From an uncultured Kiritimatiellota bacterium (GTDB lineage: Bacteria; Verrucomicrobiota; Kiritimatiellia; RFP12; UBA1067), in the NCBI GenBank assembly GCA_934635045.1, contig CAKTZA010000008.1:17788-81787 (forward strand): a DNA stretch of 64,000 nt, in the 5' to 3' direction. Shown piece after piece: positions 37,112 through 46,900 of this stretch (the first letter of the stretch is position 1; each line of letters starts with the position of its first letter). Below the pieces are notes generated by a model, which saw nothing but the letters and a program-made list of their open reading frames with translations, did no database searches and had not been told where the DNA came from. The position numbers were made by a program, and so were the translations under genes.

Positions 37112-38027
37112 CGCGCTGCGAGATCCGGCGGCGGCGTTGCACGTGTCCGACGACTTCACACGGCGGCTTGACGCGGCGGTGCGTCCGGCGACGGGCGTGA
37201 TGCGGCTTCGCCTGTCGCGTGGGGCGAAGGTCGCGGCGGCGGTCGCGCTCATGGCGAGTTTCGCCGGCCTTGCCGCGTGGGTCGGCGTGGCGGTCCTCGG
37301 GCCCGCGCCCGGAGGCGACGCGGCGGCCGTGCCCGCCGACCGGGAGACGGAGGCGATTTCACGACAAGGAGAGAACACGATGATCGCGAGGAAGATGGCC
37401 ACCCTCGTCGGGGCGGCGATGGTCTCGGTCGCGGTGCCGGCGGAGGAACTGACGAGCGAGCCGACGTTCGTCTTCCTGCGCCCGGAGACGAGTTCCTTCT
37501 GGAACACGGCGACCAACAGCACGATGACGGTGCCGATCGACTACCCGCGCGGCGCCCGGGCGGCGACGCTGTCCGTGCGCGGGCTTGGCTACGAGCAGAC
37601 GTACGCGGGCATCACGGAGGCAACCTTCACGTTCGAGCTGCCGGCGCCGACCTCGCCCGAGACGGAGAACGTCTACGACCTGACGCTCGCGTTCGACGAC
37701 GCGGCGGCGACGGTGCGCACGGCGAAGCTCGGCCTCGTTCAGGGGCTCTCCCCGGACGCGGAGGGGACGACGCGCTGCCTCGCGCCCGCGACGGCGAAGG
37801 TCTGGCGGCGGGCGAAGGGGCGCGCGGTGCTGCCGATCCCCTACGGCACGACCTCGTTCACGGTGAACGGCGTCGAGACGGACACGGGGCTTGACGGCGC
37901 GCAAGGCTGGTTCGCGATCGGCGGAATCGGCCCGGAAGAGAACGTCTCGCTCTCCCTCATGGCCGGCGGCGTGGAATATGCGGCGTCGCTCCTGGGCGGC
38001 GGCGGGCTGATGATGATCTTCAGGTAA
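37071..38027 (+). CDS. Putative membrane-anchored anti-sigma factor
   Basis: Overlaps the sigma gene 3' end. N-terminal cytoplasmic segment, one TM (AAAVALMASFAGLAAWVGVAVLG), extracytoplasmic C-terminal domain. Assignment is by position. Confidence 0.45.
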   Translation: MVKETDRLGERIRDALRDPAAALHVSDDFTRRLDAAVRPATGVMRLRLSRGAKVAAAVALMASFAGLAAWVGVAVLGPAPGGDAAAVPADRETEAISRQGENTMIARKMATLVGAAMVSVAVPAEELTSEPTFVFLRPETSSFWNTATNSTMTVPIDYPRGARAATLSVRGLGYEQTYAGITEATFTFELPAPTSPETENVYDLTLAFDDAAATVRTAKLGLVQGLSPDAEGTTRCLAPATAKVWRRAKGRAVLPIPYGTTSFTVNGVETDTGLDGAQGWFAIGGIGPEENVSLSLMAGGVEYAASLLGGGGLMMIFR

Positions 38028-38040
38028 CTCCAGAAAGGAC

Positions 38041-39447
38041 ATGCAAATGAAGGGAAGACGCAACATGTTGACGCTCCTGGCCGCCGTCGCGCTGACGGCC
38101 CAGGGCGCGAAGATCGAGCAGGTCATCGTCCGCCAGCAGTGGCCGTGGTCGACGGACGTCAAGGTCGAGTACCGGCTCACGGGGGTGACGGCGCCGGTGG
38201 ACATCGCCGTCACGACGTACAACGGCGACGCGGAGCTGCCGCTGCCCGCCTCGGCCGTCGTCGGCGACCTCTACGGCATCGACGCGGACGGCGTCGGGCA
38301 GTTCGTGATCGACCCGGTTGCCGCGTTCGGCACGGCGAAGGTCGCGCTCGCGAACTTCAAGGTGAAACTCTCGGTCTCCGCCTCGGCGGCGAACGTCGGC
38401 GAGGTCCTCTACAAGATCTTCGACCTGACGGACGGCTCCTGCCGGGACGTGACGCGCGCCGATTTCCTGAACGGCAAGATGGGCACCTACGAGACGAGCT
38501 ATTCCGCCTTTGGCGAAGGCTTTACAACGCCGCTGAGCGATGTTCTCGTCTGGACGGGCGTGACGAACAACCCCGCCTACAAGACGACGCATCTCGTCAT
38601 GCGCAAGATTCCCGCCGGCGACGTGGTTTGGGTGTGCGGTGACGCGGAAGGGACAAAGAGCAATCGCGGCCATCTGCGCGACCGCCAGTACGTCAAGCTC
38701 ACGCAGGACTACTATGTCGGCGTCTTTGAGATGACGGCCTGCCAGTACGGCACGATTTTTGACGGGAGCTTCACCGGCGATGGTGACGGCACGGATCCGA
38801 AGACCGATGTTCAGCGGTTTGTCATCCATGGCAATCCCATCGGCCCCGGACGCGGCGTCGTGACGGGCGAATTCATCGCGTGGCCGACGAACTCCTATCT
38901 CCGAGACGTCATGGCCGACTCGTTTCTGGACAAGCTCCGCAAGAAGACGTCTGTCGAGTTCGACCTTCCGACGGCGGCGGAATGGCAGTTCGCCTGCCGT
39001 GCGGGTTCCGACACGCCGCTCTATAGCGGAAAGGATCAGGGCGAGCGCAACGTGAGCGAGATCGCCTGGTACAACTCGAACGCCGGAGACGCTTCGCACG
39101 TGGTGGGCTGCAAGCCGCCGAACGCCTACGGCCTCTATGACATGCTGGGCAACGTCGCCGAATACGTTCACAACGCCGACACAATTCACGGCAGTCCGAC
39201 GGGCAGCGGAACGGCGGACGATCCCTTTGTCGATCCGGTCGGCTCGAGCGATGCGGAAGCCATTTACAATTCGGGCACGCACAACCAATGGTACATGGGC
39301 GGATCGTGGAAAGAGGATTCGGGAACGTGGCAGGATGTCCGTCAGGCCGGTGCCGTAGGCTGGTACAAGTGGAATCAGGCGGCCAAGCCGTTCATCGGCT
39401 TCCGCGTGGTCTGCCCGGCGGCTTCTGCGCAGTGGGCGCAACACTGA
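38041..39447 (+). CDS. Secreted protein with C-terminal formylglycine-generating-enzyme (FGE/SUMF1)-sulfatase domain
   Basis: Signal peptide. C-terminal FGE hallmarks AWYNSNAG, YGLYDMLGNVAEYV, GGSW, GFRVVC. Confidence 0.6.
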   Translation: MQMKGRRNMLTLLAAVALTAQGAKIEQVIVRQQWPWSTDVKVEYRLTGVTAPVDIAVTTYNGDAELPLPASAVVGDLYGIDADGVGQFVIDPVAAFGTAKVALANFKVKLSVSASAANVGEVLYKIFDLTDGSCRDVTRADFLNGKMGTYETSYSAFGEGFTTPLSDVLVWTGVTNNPAYKTTHLVMRKIPAGDVVWVCGDAEGTKSNRGHLRDRQYVKLTQDYYVGVFEMTACQYGTIFDGSFTGDGDGTDPKTDVQRFVIHGNPIGPGRGVVTGEFIAWPTNSYLRDVMADSFLDKLRKKTSVEFDLPTAAEWQFACRAGSDTPLYSGKDQGERNVSEIAWYNSNAGDASHVVGCKPPNAYGLYDMLGNVAEYVHNADTIHGSPTGSGTADDPFVDPVGSSDAEAIYNSGTHNQWYMGGSWKEDSGTWQDVRQAGAVGWYKWNQAAKPFIGFRVVCPAASAQWAQH

Positions 39448-39469
39448 TCGCGATTCGTGGATTCGTTAA

Positions 39470-41947
39470 ATGGAAAGACATCTGATTCTTGCCGCAGCGG
39501 TTGTTGCTGCGGCATTCTCGTCCTTGGCGGAAAGGCCGTCCGTCGACAAGACGGGACTTGAAAAGACGGCATGGGTGCAGCTCAATCCGTGGTTTCCGAT
39601 TGACATGGCGCCCAAATACGACCTTGGCGGACCTAACACGCCGTACCGTCCGTATCGGGGCACGAACAGCTGGCAGGAGGTCTTGCAGACGGTCGCCGCT
39701 TACGGCATCGACGGCGTCTTGCCTGAAGTGAACATTCCTGGCGGACACCCCGTGGTCTACCGCACGCTGCTCGATCAGGCGGCATCCGTTGCGCGGCCGA
39801 TGCGCGTCGGGCTGTTTTGCGGATTCTACGGCAAGACGCCGGACGAGTCGGCGGCCGGTGCCGTGCGCGTGTTCCGTCCGTTTCGGGAAGATTTCAAAGC
39901 GAATCCGCACGTCGCACGTGCAGGGACGCGGCCGATTGTCCTCATCTACAATCCGCTTCAGTACGGGCCGGACGACTGGTCGCGCATATTCGCGGCGATG
40001 GAACGCGAATTGGGCCCGATGTGCTTTCTGATGAGCTATTCGCAGCTGACCGCTTACGTGGGGCCGGAGAAGCTGGAGGCGAAGCTGCGCGAATATCTGC
40101 CGTCCTTTGACGGCGTCAGTGCCTACAACTTCAGCATGGACGGCATTCAGGTTCAGCGCAAGGAGGTCGAGATCGTCACGCGCGTCATGCGCGACTTCCC
40201 ACACAAGCTCTTCGAGGGCGGCATCTTCTCGACCCATACGCAGCATTTCAACATGGCGGGGCTTGAGGTCCACCTTTCGCGCGACTGGCGCGAAAGCGTA
40301 AGGCTGTGGCTGGCGGCGAACCCGGATGCGGTCGAGATCACCAACCTTTTCGACCACTACGAGAACTCGCTCGTCTATCCGTGCTACGAACGGGAAGACC
40401 TGCTGCTGCGCTATCTCCAGTACGAGCTGTGCCGCTGGCGCGGCGAGACGTTCGCGGCGTATGCGACGCCTGAACTGGTCCTGTGCAACCAGACGTCCGC
40501 GCTGATCGGCTGGACGCGGCTTGACTACGAGGTTCTCGGCTTTCCGCTCGCCGCGCCGGAGAAAGAGGTGCGCGTCTCGGTGGAACTGTGCACGACAGGC
40601 GGCGACGTCCTGAAGACGCTCGGCCCCGAGAAGATGACGTTGGACGCCTTTCGCGAGGTGCAGTTTTCCGTGCCGTCCACCGAACTGAAAGACGAGCGAG
40701 GCGTGGTGCCGCGCCTAGTGTACGAATGGAAGGACGAGACGCATCGGCTGGCGCACAGCCCGATGACGCTGCTGTCGCCTTCCCTGCGTCCGAACCGTAT
40801 GTACTGGGCGCGTTCGACGCGCAACGCGGCGCGTGTCGAGGGAAGCGGCAAGTGGGCGATCGACGGCATTCGCGCCGGCGGGACGCGGCAGCCGCGTCGC
40901 GGCGGGCAGGGCGTCGTGACGGCGGCTTTCAGGACGCGCGGCGACTATCTGCGGCACGGCATCCGGCGAGACGGCAGCGAGGAGCTGTTCCTGTCCAACG
41001 CCAACTGCCAGTGGCAGTCCCAGTTCGCGCTGCCGTTCATGCCGCCTGGCGAGGCACTGCACTGGTACAACCTGGAGATCCAGGATCAGGACGGACGCAC
41101 GTTCACGACCTTGCCGATCTGGGAGGCGGACGGCAACCGCGCCGCCAAGGTTCCCATGCCGATTTTGTGGGAGGACGGCGCGGTCGTCCCCTGCGACATC
41201 GAGGGCGCGCGCGTGCCGTTCTTCTACTGGCCCTGCGACCGGGACGATGGACAGGTCGTGGTCGACGTCTCCGGCTACGCGCACAATGCGCGGCTTGACG
41301 GAAGCGGCTATGGCGGCGGCCATCTGGGCTGGACGGGGTACAACCACGCGCACAACGGCCCCGTCGGAATCGTCAAGGGGTGGCGCAGTCCGTTCCGCAC
41401 GGATGCGGACGGGCGCGGCTATCTGCAGCTGAAGGGCGAGCATTACATTGTCGCGATGGGCGGCACGGCGATGCCGGGCGCGAGCACCTACGAGCTGTCC
41501 GTGCGGCCGCAGAGCCGGGGACGGCGCATGGGGCTCCTGTGCGGCACCTGGGGGAGCGTCGTGCTGACGCTGGCGCCGGACGGCCGACTCTGCGTGGCGC
41601 GGCGCAGCGACCAGCGGCTGTTCAAGACTGATACGGAGATCTGGTCGCAGCAGGCGATTCCGACGAATGTCTGGACGCATGTCGGCGTGACGTATGACCT
41701 TGAGAACATGCGCCTCTTTGTCGACGGCGCGCTTCAGGGCGTGGCGCGCGTCTCGCCGAACCGCTTCGACAAGTCGTGGGGCAGCGAGGACATGAACTAC
41801 TGCTCGCATGAGTTCAACAACGAGCTGTTCATTGGCGCGGAGGACGACCGCCTGAAGCCAGTCAATCTCTTTGATGGCGATGTCCGCGAAATCCGGGTCT
41901 ACGGCCGGAACCTGTCGCCGACAGAGTTCCTGCTTCATGATTCGTGA
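39470..41947 (+). CDS. Secreted 825-aa protein with C-terminal LamG/concanavalin-like lectin domain
   Basis: Signal peptide. C-terminal ...WTHVGVTYDLENMRLFVDGA...LFDGDVREIRVYGRNLSPTEF typical of the LamG_3 family. N-terminal region possibly a glycoside-hydrolase-like TIM barrel (uncertain). Confidence 0.5.
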   Translation: MERHLILAAAVVAAAFSSLAERPSVDKTGLEKTAWVQLNPWFPIDMAPKYDLGGPNTPYRPYRGTNSWQEVLQTVAAYGIDGVLPEVNIPGGHPVVYRTLLDQAASVARPMRVGLFCGFYGKTPDESAAGAVRVFRPFREDFKANPHVARAGTRPIVLIYNPLQYGPDDWSRIFAAMERELGPMCFLMSYSQLTAYVGPEKLEAKLREYLPSFDGVSAYNFSMDGIQVQRKEVEIVTRVMRDFPHKLFEGGIFSTHTQHFNMAGLEVHLSRDWRESVRLWLAANPDAVEITNLFDHYENSLVYPCYEREDLLLRYLQYELCRWRGETFAAYATPELVLCNQTSALIGWTRLDYEVLGFPLAAPEKEVRVSVELCTTGGDVLKTLGPEKMTLDAFREVQFSVPSTELKDERGVVPRLVYEWKDETHRLAHSPMTLLSPSLRPNRMYWARSTRNAARVEGSGKWAIDGIRAGGTRQPRRGGQGVVTAAFRTRGDYLRHGIRRDGSEELFLSNANCQWQSQFALPFMPPGEALHWYNLEIQDQDGRTFTTLPIWEADGNRAAKVPMPILWEDGAVVPCDIEGARVPFFYWPCDRDDGQVVVDVSGYAHNARLDGSGYGGGHLGWTGYNHAHNGPVGIVKGWRSPFRTDADGRGYLQLKGEHYIVAMGGTAMPGASTYELSVRPQSRGRRMGLLCGTWGSVVLTLAPDGRLCVARRSDQRLFKTDTEIWSQQAIPTNVWTHVGVTYDLENMRLFVDGALQGVARVSPNRFDKSWGSEDMNYCSHEFNNELFIGAEDDRLKPVNLFDGDVREIRVYGRNLSPTEFLLHDS

Positions 41948-42012
41948 CGCAAAGAACGCGAAGGTCTTAGCGGACTTTGCATGAAAAGCCTTCGCGACCA
42001 ACGAGTGAATGG

Positions 42013-42112
42013 CTCACACGGAGTGACGGAGCCACGGAGTTCCTGTACGATATCGCGATAGGTGACGCCGACTTTGTTCGCTTTCCCTCCGTGCCTCCGA
42101 CTCTCCGTGTGA
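42013..42112 (+). repeat. CACGGAG/CTCCGTG long hairpin element (copy b) downstream of the LamG gene
   Basis: ctcacacggagtgacggagccacggag ... ctccgtgcctccgactctccgtgtgag. Arms nearly identical to copy c at 49001..49079. Confidence 0.7.
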
Positions 42113-42185
42113 GACCCTGCCTCACGCAGAGACGCAGAGGCCGCAGAGGCGTCTGGCGAATCTCTGCGCCCCCTTTGGGGTTGCG

Positions 42186-42266
42186 GGGGCCTGTCCCCAG
42201 GGGTTGCGGGGGCCTGTCCCTAGGGGTTGCGGGGCCTGTCCCCAGGGGTTGCGGGGGCCTGTCCCC
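42186..42266 (+). repeat. Array D: four GGGGCCTGTCCC(C/T) units with constant 10-bp spacer AGGGGTTGCG, intergenic
   Basis: Units at 42186, 42209 (CCCT variant), 42231, 42254. 23-bp periodicity. Confidence 0.85.
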
Positions 42267-42379
42267 ATGTTGGCGGGGCAAAAACGCACGGAAACAGTCT
42301 GTTTTGCCAAGCTATTTTGAGATGAGAACACGCTGCGGAAAATTCTCGGCTGTCGCGAACCGGCGAAAGCGTCCACGGA

Positions 42380-42540
42380 TTTGCACGGATTGGGGTGAGG
42401 GCGTCCACGAATCTGCACGAATCTTCACCAATCTCAATTCGTGAAAATTCGCGTCAATTCGTGGACAAGACCAGCGACAAGATTGTTATGCGCCAAGCCA
42501 CCCAGATCCTGTGAATCCTGTAAATCCTGTCAGAAAGACT
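42380..42540 (+). repeat. Iteron-like cluster: 22-bp direct repeat gcgtccacgRatYtgcacgRat x2, 10-bp inverted repeat gtccacgaat/attcgtggac, tcaattcgtg x2, triple atcctgtNa
   Basis: Read directly in the low-GC segment. Multiple short direct and inverted repeats packed into about 160 bp. Confidence 0.55.
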
Positions 42541-42940
42541 CCGTGCCACCCATTTGAGGTGAAGGTTCCCGTCTGCAGGCTTGAAAATGCCGCGAAGATG
42601 ACGGCTGCAGAATACGACGCCAAGCTTGAACCGGGATATTGTTCGGCTATCGCCGGGCGCGTCCGTCCGCTTGCGTCCGCACATGGCGACTTTCGTCGGA
42701 GGAAGGTCGTCACCGTGTTCGCCGTGATGTACAGTCGCGCGGATTCGTAGAGCAGGGCATCTCTTGGTCTCCTCTCTTGGCCTCTGGCCGTTTGCCAAAG
42801 TAAACGAAACTTAGAAATGGTAAACGAAAGTTTAGCCGGTCGCTGGTTGCAGGTGCAGCGTTGAGTTTGGCAATCCGGCGTGGTCGGCTTCGTCCGGGCG
42901 GCTCTCCCTGCCGAACGCGCGAACGCATGGGTTCTTCGCG

Positions 42941-43638
42941 CTCGGGATTCGCGACACTGCCCGGAGCGCGTCGTGGTGCGGGCCGCGCTTAGGTCGCTCA
43001 TCACGTCGGCAGTGCGACCGCCCGGCCTTAAGCCTCTCTCCGACGCGCACGGCCGCGCCGGAATTTGGCAGAATCTGCGTCAGCGCGTCGAAGGACGCGC
43101 CCTTGACGAGGGCCCTCCTGGTTTCCTCGCGGTTGCGCTCGACGTGCGGCGTCTGCCGCGAGTTGCACGGGTCGCGGAAGAATCGCATATCTCGAAGCAC
43201 CTCCTCCGGTGCTTGAACGGCGTCTTCCTCCCGTCGGCGTTCCGGCAGGCCCTCGAGCACGTGTCGAAGTGCTCGCAGACCGCGTTCGTGCGCCCGTAGC
43301 CCCTGCTGCTCCAGAGCGTGCGGTTCCTCACCTCGTTCGCGACGGAGGAGACCGCGCGTCCGAACGTTTTCGCCATCTGGGCGAAGGTCAGTCGGCACTC
43401 GAGCCTGTGGGCTATGCCTTTCCTCGTGTCTATGGTCATGTGCTTTGCCATGACTTCGTTCCTTTCCCTTCTTGACTGGCCGCGCACGGACGGGACACCC
43501 GTCCCGGCGCATGGCCCTGGCGCGCATTGTCTCATGAGGCGGCGCGGCGGAGGGCGGGAGGCCGGCCCGGCGACGTGATGAGCGACCTAAGCGCGGTCGG
43601 CACGGCGGCGCGTCCCGGTCAGTGTCGCGAATCCCGAG
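42941..43638 (-). mobile_element. About 700-bp element bounded by about 68-bp imperfect terminal inverted repeats, encoding a 151-aa HTH protein resembling the N-terminus of IS30-family transposases (no DDE domain); nonautonomous IS remnant
   Basis: Left TIR 42941..43008 (ctcgggattcgcgacactg...cgcttaggtcgctcatcacgtcg) is the reverse complement of right TIR 43571..43638. Minus-strand ORF 43080..43535 has ...AVSSVANEVRNR...Y.RTNAV... reminiscent of the IS30 HTH region. Confidence 0.55.
43080..43535 (-). pseudogene. IS30-like transposase N-terminal (HTH) fragment, catalytic domain absent
   Basis: See mobile element. 151 aa intact ORF, but no DDE region follows in any frame. Confidence 0.45.
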
Positions 43639-43930
43639 CGGCGAGAGCGCGCACGCGCGGAGTCGACGCGTTCGACGAGGCGGACTCCCGCCCGAAGACG
43701 CTTTGACAAAGTAAACGCAAGTCCCTCCCCGGGGAGGGTAGGAGAGGTGGAGAATCCCTGCCTCCGTCAATTTCCTGTCCAACCTCTACATTTATTTGAC
43801 CAACCAAACAAAATCTAAAATTGCTTTTACTCTGGCAAAGCACCCTCTCTTGGCCTCTTGGTCTCCCGTTGCCAGCGGCGCGGACTTTTTGGTAAAATAC
43901 GCGGCATTTCACGGAGGAATGCCCCCTAAC

Positions 43931-46900
43931 ATGAGGAGCCGGATCATGCAGGCAGATCGTGCCTTCTTTCATTCGCTGGCCGCAGTCGCGGCGGCGGCTT
44001 TCGCCTTTTCCCTCCATGCCGCGCCGTCGGGGAAGACGTTCACGACGGTGGATCATCCCGGTGCGTATCCGACGCCGCAGAACGTGGCGGCCGCGCTGTC
44101 GGACGACGGAAGGCGCATCGTGCTCCAGTGGGACGGCGTGCGCTGGCCCGTCGACGGCTACCCCGGGGTGATCGACGGGCGGGACGTGCCGACCAACTTC
44201 TACTATGCCGTCGACTGTCGCACCCGCGCGAGCGGCGCGGACGAATGGGACTCGTGGTGGAACTGCAGCAGCCTGAGCCGGTTTGCCTCGAACTACGGCG
44301 TCCCGGGCCCGTTCCTTGACCGCGTGACGTTGACGCGCAACGCCGGCCCCGGAACGAACTACCAGTTCCGCGTGAGGTGCCAGTGCAATGCCGTCTGGCG
44401 CGGAGAGGGCCAGTATCCCACGCCGAATGAAGACCCCGACCCGACGCAGGACGCCTATTTCAGCGACTGGTCCGAGACCGTGCAGGCCTACCGCACGCTC
44501 GACGCGCTCGCTCTTTCGCTGGTCGAGGACGCCGCCCCCACGCCGCAGGGCGGCAAGGCGACGGTCGAGGTCGCCTACACCTACACCTCGTCGCGCGCGG
44601 ACGATGGCGAGGAGCCGCTGTTCTTCACCTTCGAGGCCATCGAAATCCCGGACGACGGCTGGCATCCCGAAGCCCCGGCGGAAGGGCAGAAGCCCTATGT
44701 GCGGCGGGACGGCACGCCGCTTGCGGTGAAGACGCTGCACGTGCGGCCGCCGGACGCTGCGCAGGCCGTCGACCCGACGAACTTCACCCTCACGGCCTCC
44801 AGCGCGGCGGGAGAGACGAGAAGGATCAGCTGGAGCGCCTGGCGCGACCTCGAAAACTACTACCACACGAACGTGACGATCCGGGTGCAGGGTTGGGCGA
44901 AGCCCGAGGCGGCGGGCGCCGCGCCGCGCCGCGTCCTGGACGAGGCGATCGGGAATGTCGGCCTCGACACGCGGCTGCCGCCGCAGAACGTGGTCGCCTC
45001 GACGAACGACACGAACGCCGTCACGGTCGTGTGGGACGCGGTGCCGGATGCGACGGGCTACGAGGTGACGGTGGAGAGCTGGGGCGTTGCGGCCAGCCAC
45101 GCGGAGCGGACGGTGACAACGAACGAGGCGTGCCTTGTGGACAGGGAACTGCCGCTGCCCGGCCTCGGACGCTACACGGTGCGGGCGGTCTATCCGAACG
45201 GCTTGAAGGGCGCGGCGTCCGCAGCGGCCGTCGGCTGGCGGGCGCTGGACAAGGCGGAGGTGACGGGCCTGGCGACGCGCCGGCCGTGGGACGGCACGGT
45301 GGACATCGACCTGGCCTTCCGGACGGTGCGCGGCAAGTATGCGCAGGCGGTGGACGGTGCGTCCGCCTTGCCGGAGAAGACCGTGACGGTCGCGGTGACG
45401 ACGGCGGACGGGGCGGCGTTTGCCGTCCAGTCGCTCGTCCGCGAGAGGCTTGACGCTTCCGCCGGGATCATCCGTCGCGAGCCGGTCACGAACGGTTCGT
45501 TCACGCTCGGCGCGAACGACCGCATCGTGTGGGACGCGAGGAGTGATGCGCCGCGCATGCGCGAGCCGGGCGCCGTCCTGAAGGTCACGCTCGCGGGCGA
45601 CGCATACGGCGGGCCGATTGTGATCGAGCGGACCTTCGATCTCGACACGCGCACGGGGCTCATCGACCTGCCGTTCGGCGCGGAGAACATCCGGATCCCG
45701 TGGTCCACGCGCTGGGCGAAGCCGGAGGTGAAAGAGGGTGGCCTTGGCTTTGGCGAGAACGACGCCTGGTGGAAGCAGACGGCGGTGCTGACGGACGTCA
45801 CGGACAGCGCGAACCACGTGGAAATCCTGAGAACCGAGGCGAAGCTCGGCGAGGGCACGGTTTGCACGTGGACGCCGAAGAACTGGGGCGTGAACACGCT
45901 GACGCTGACGCTCTCGCCGGTCTCCGGCAGCAACGAGAGGACGGAGTACGCGGCCGTCTTCAGGATGCCCGACTTCGCGTTCAAGGTGAGGGCGGCGAAT
46001 GAAGACGGCGTGACGCTCTGGTGGAGAGCGGTCGATGGCGCGGCGACCTACGAGATCCGCCGCCGCTTGGCCGGGGCGTCCGGCGATTTCGAGACGGTCA
46101 CGAACGTGACGAACGCGACGACGTGGACGGACAGCTCCGTCGACACGATCGTCGGCTCCTTCGAGTACGTGGTCGTGCCGAAGACGGCGAGCGGCGGCGG
46201 GTCGCTGCCCGTCCTCTCGCCTGTGACCGGCACGCGCGGCGCGGCGCAGACGCCGCAGAACGTCGTCGCCTCGACGAACGACACGAACGCCGTCACGGTC
46301 GTGTGGGACGCGGTGCCGAAGGCGTCGGGCTACGAGGTGAAGGTCGAGAGCTGGGACGTCGCGATCAACCGGACGGAACAGACGGTGACCGTGGACGAGG
46401 CGTGCTTCGTCGATACGGAGCTGCCGCAGCCCGGCCTCGGCCGCTACACGGTGACGGCGGTCTATCCGAACGGCGTGAAGGGCGAGCCGTCCGCGCCGGC
46501 CGTCGGCCATGCGGCGCTCGACACGATGAAGATCCTCGGCGCGTCGACGCGCTGGCCGTGGAACGGCACGGTCGATCTCGACGTCGAGTACAAGACGGTG
46601 CGGCCGCGCTTCCGCGAACTCTTCGGTCTGGACAACCTGCCGTACCCGACCAACGTCACCCTCGCCGCGACGACGGCGGACGGGGCGTCCATCGCCGTGC
46701 GGACGCTCGTGAAGGAGTCCCCGCTCGACACGGGCACCTACACGGTCAACCGCGCGGAGGTGCCGAACGGCGCGCAGGACCCGGGCGGCACGATGATCTT
46801 CCGCGGCTCGGGCAGGACGCGGCTCGTGTGGGACGCCGAAGCGGATGCGCCCGACAGGGCGGCGCCGGGCGCGACGCTGACGCTCACGGTCTCGGACGAC

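Noticed and set aside
13363-42266. Interpreting the GGGGYCTGTCCCC arrays as CRISPR arrays
   Set aside because: Repeat only 13 bp, spacers 8-33 bp and irregular, arrays of 3-5 units inside ORFs and translated. No leader or cas genes. Inconsistent with CRISPR architecture.
42511-42750. 79-aa ORF (MNPVNPVRK...) in the repeat-rich junction
   Set aside because: Its N-terminus is simply the translation of the triple atcctgtNa tandem repeat. No RBS. Likely spurious. The region is better explained as binding-site or iteron repeats.
42832-43782. 316-aa minus-strand ORF overlapping the TIR element
   Set aside because: Crosses both TIRs and flanking DNA in a frame different from the HTH ORF. Arg-rich low-complexity translation. 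No transposase DDE motifs found.
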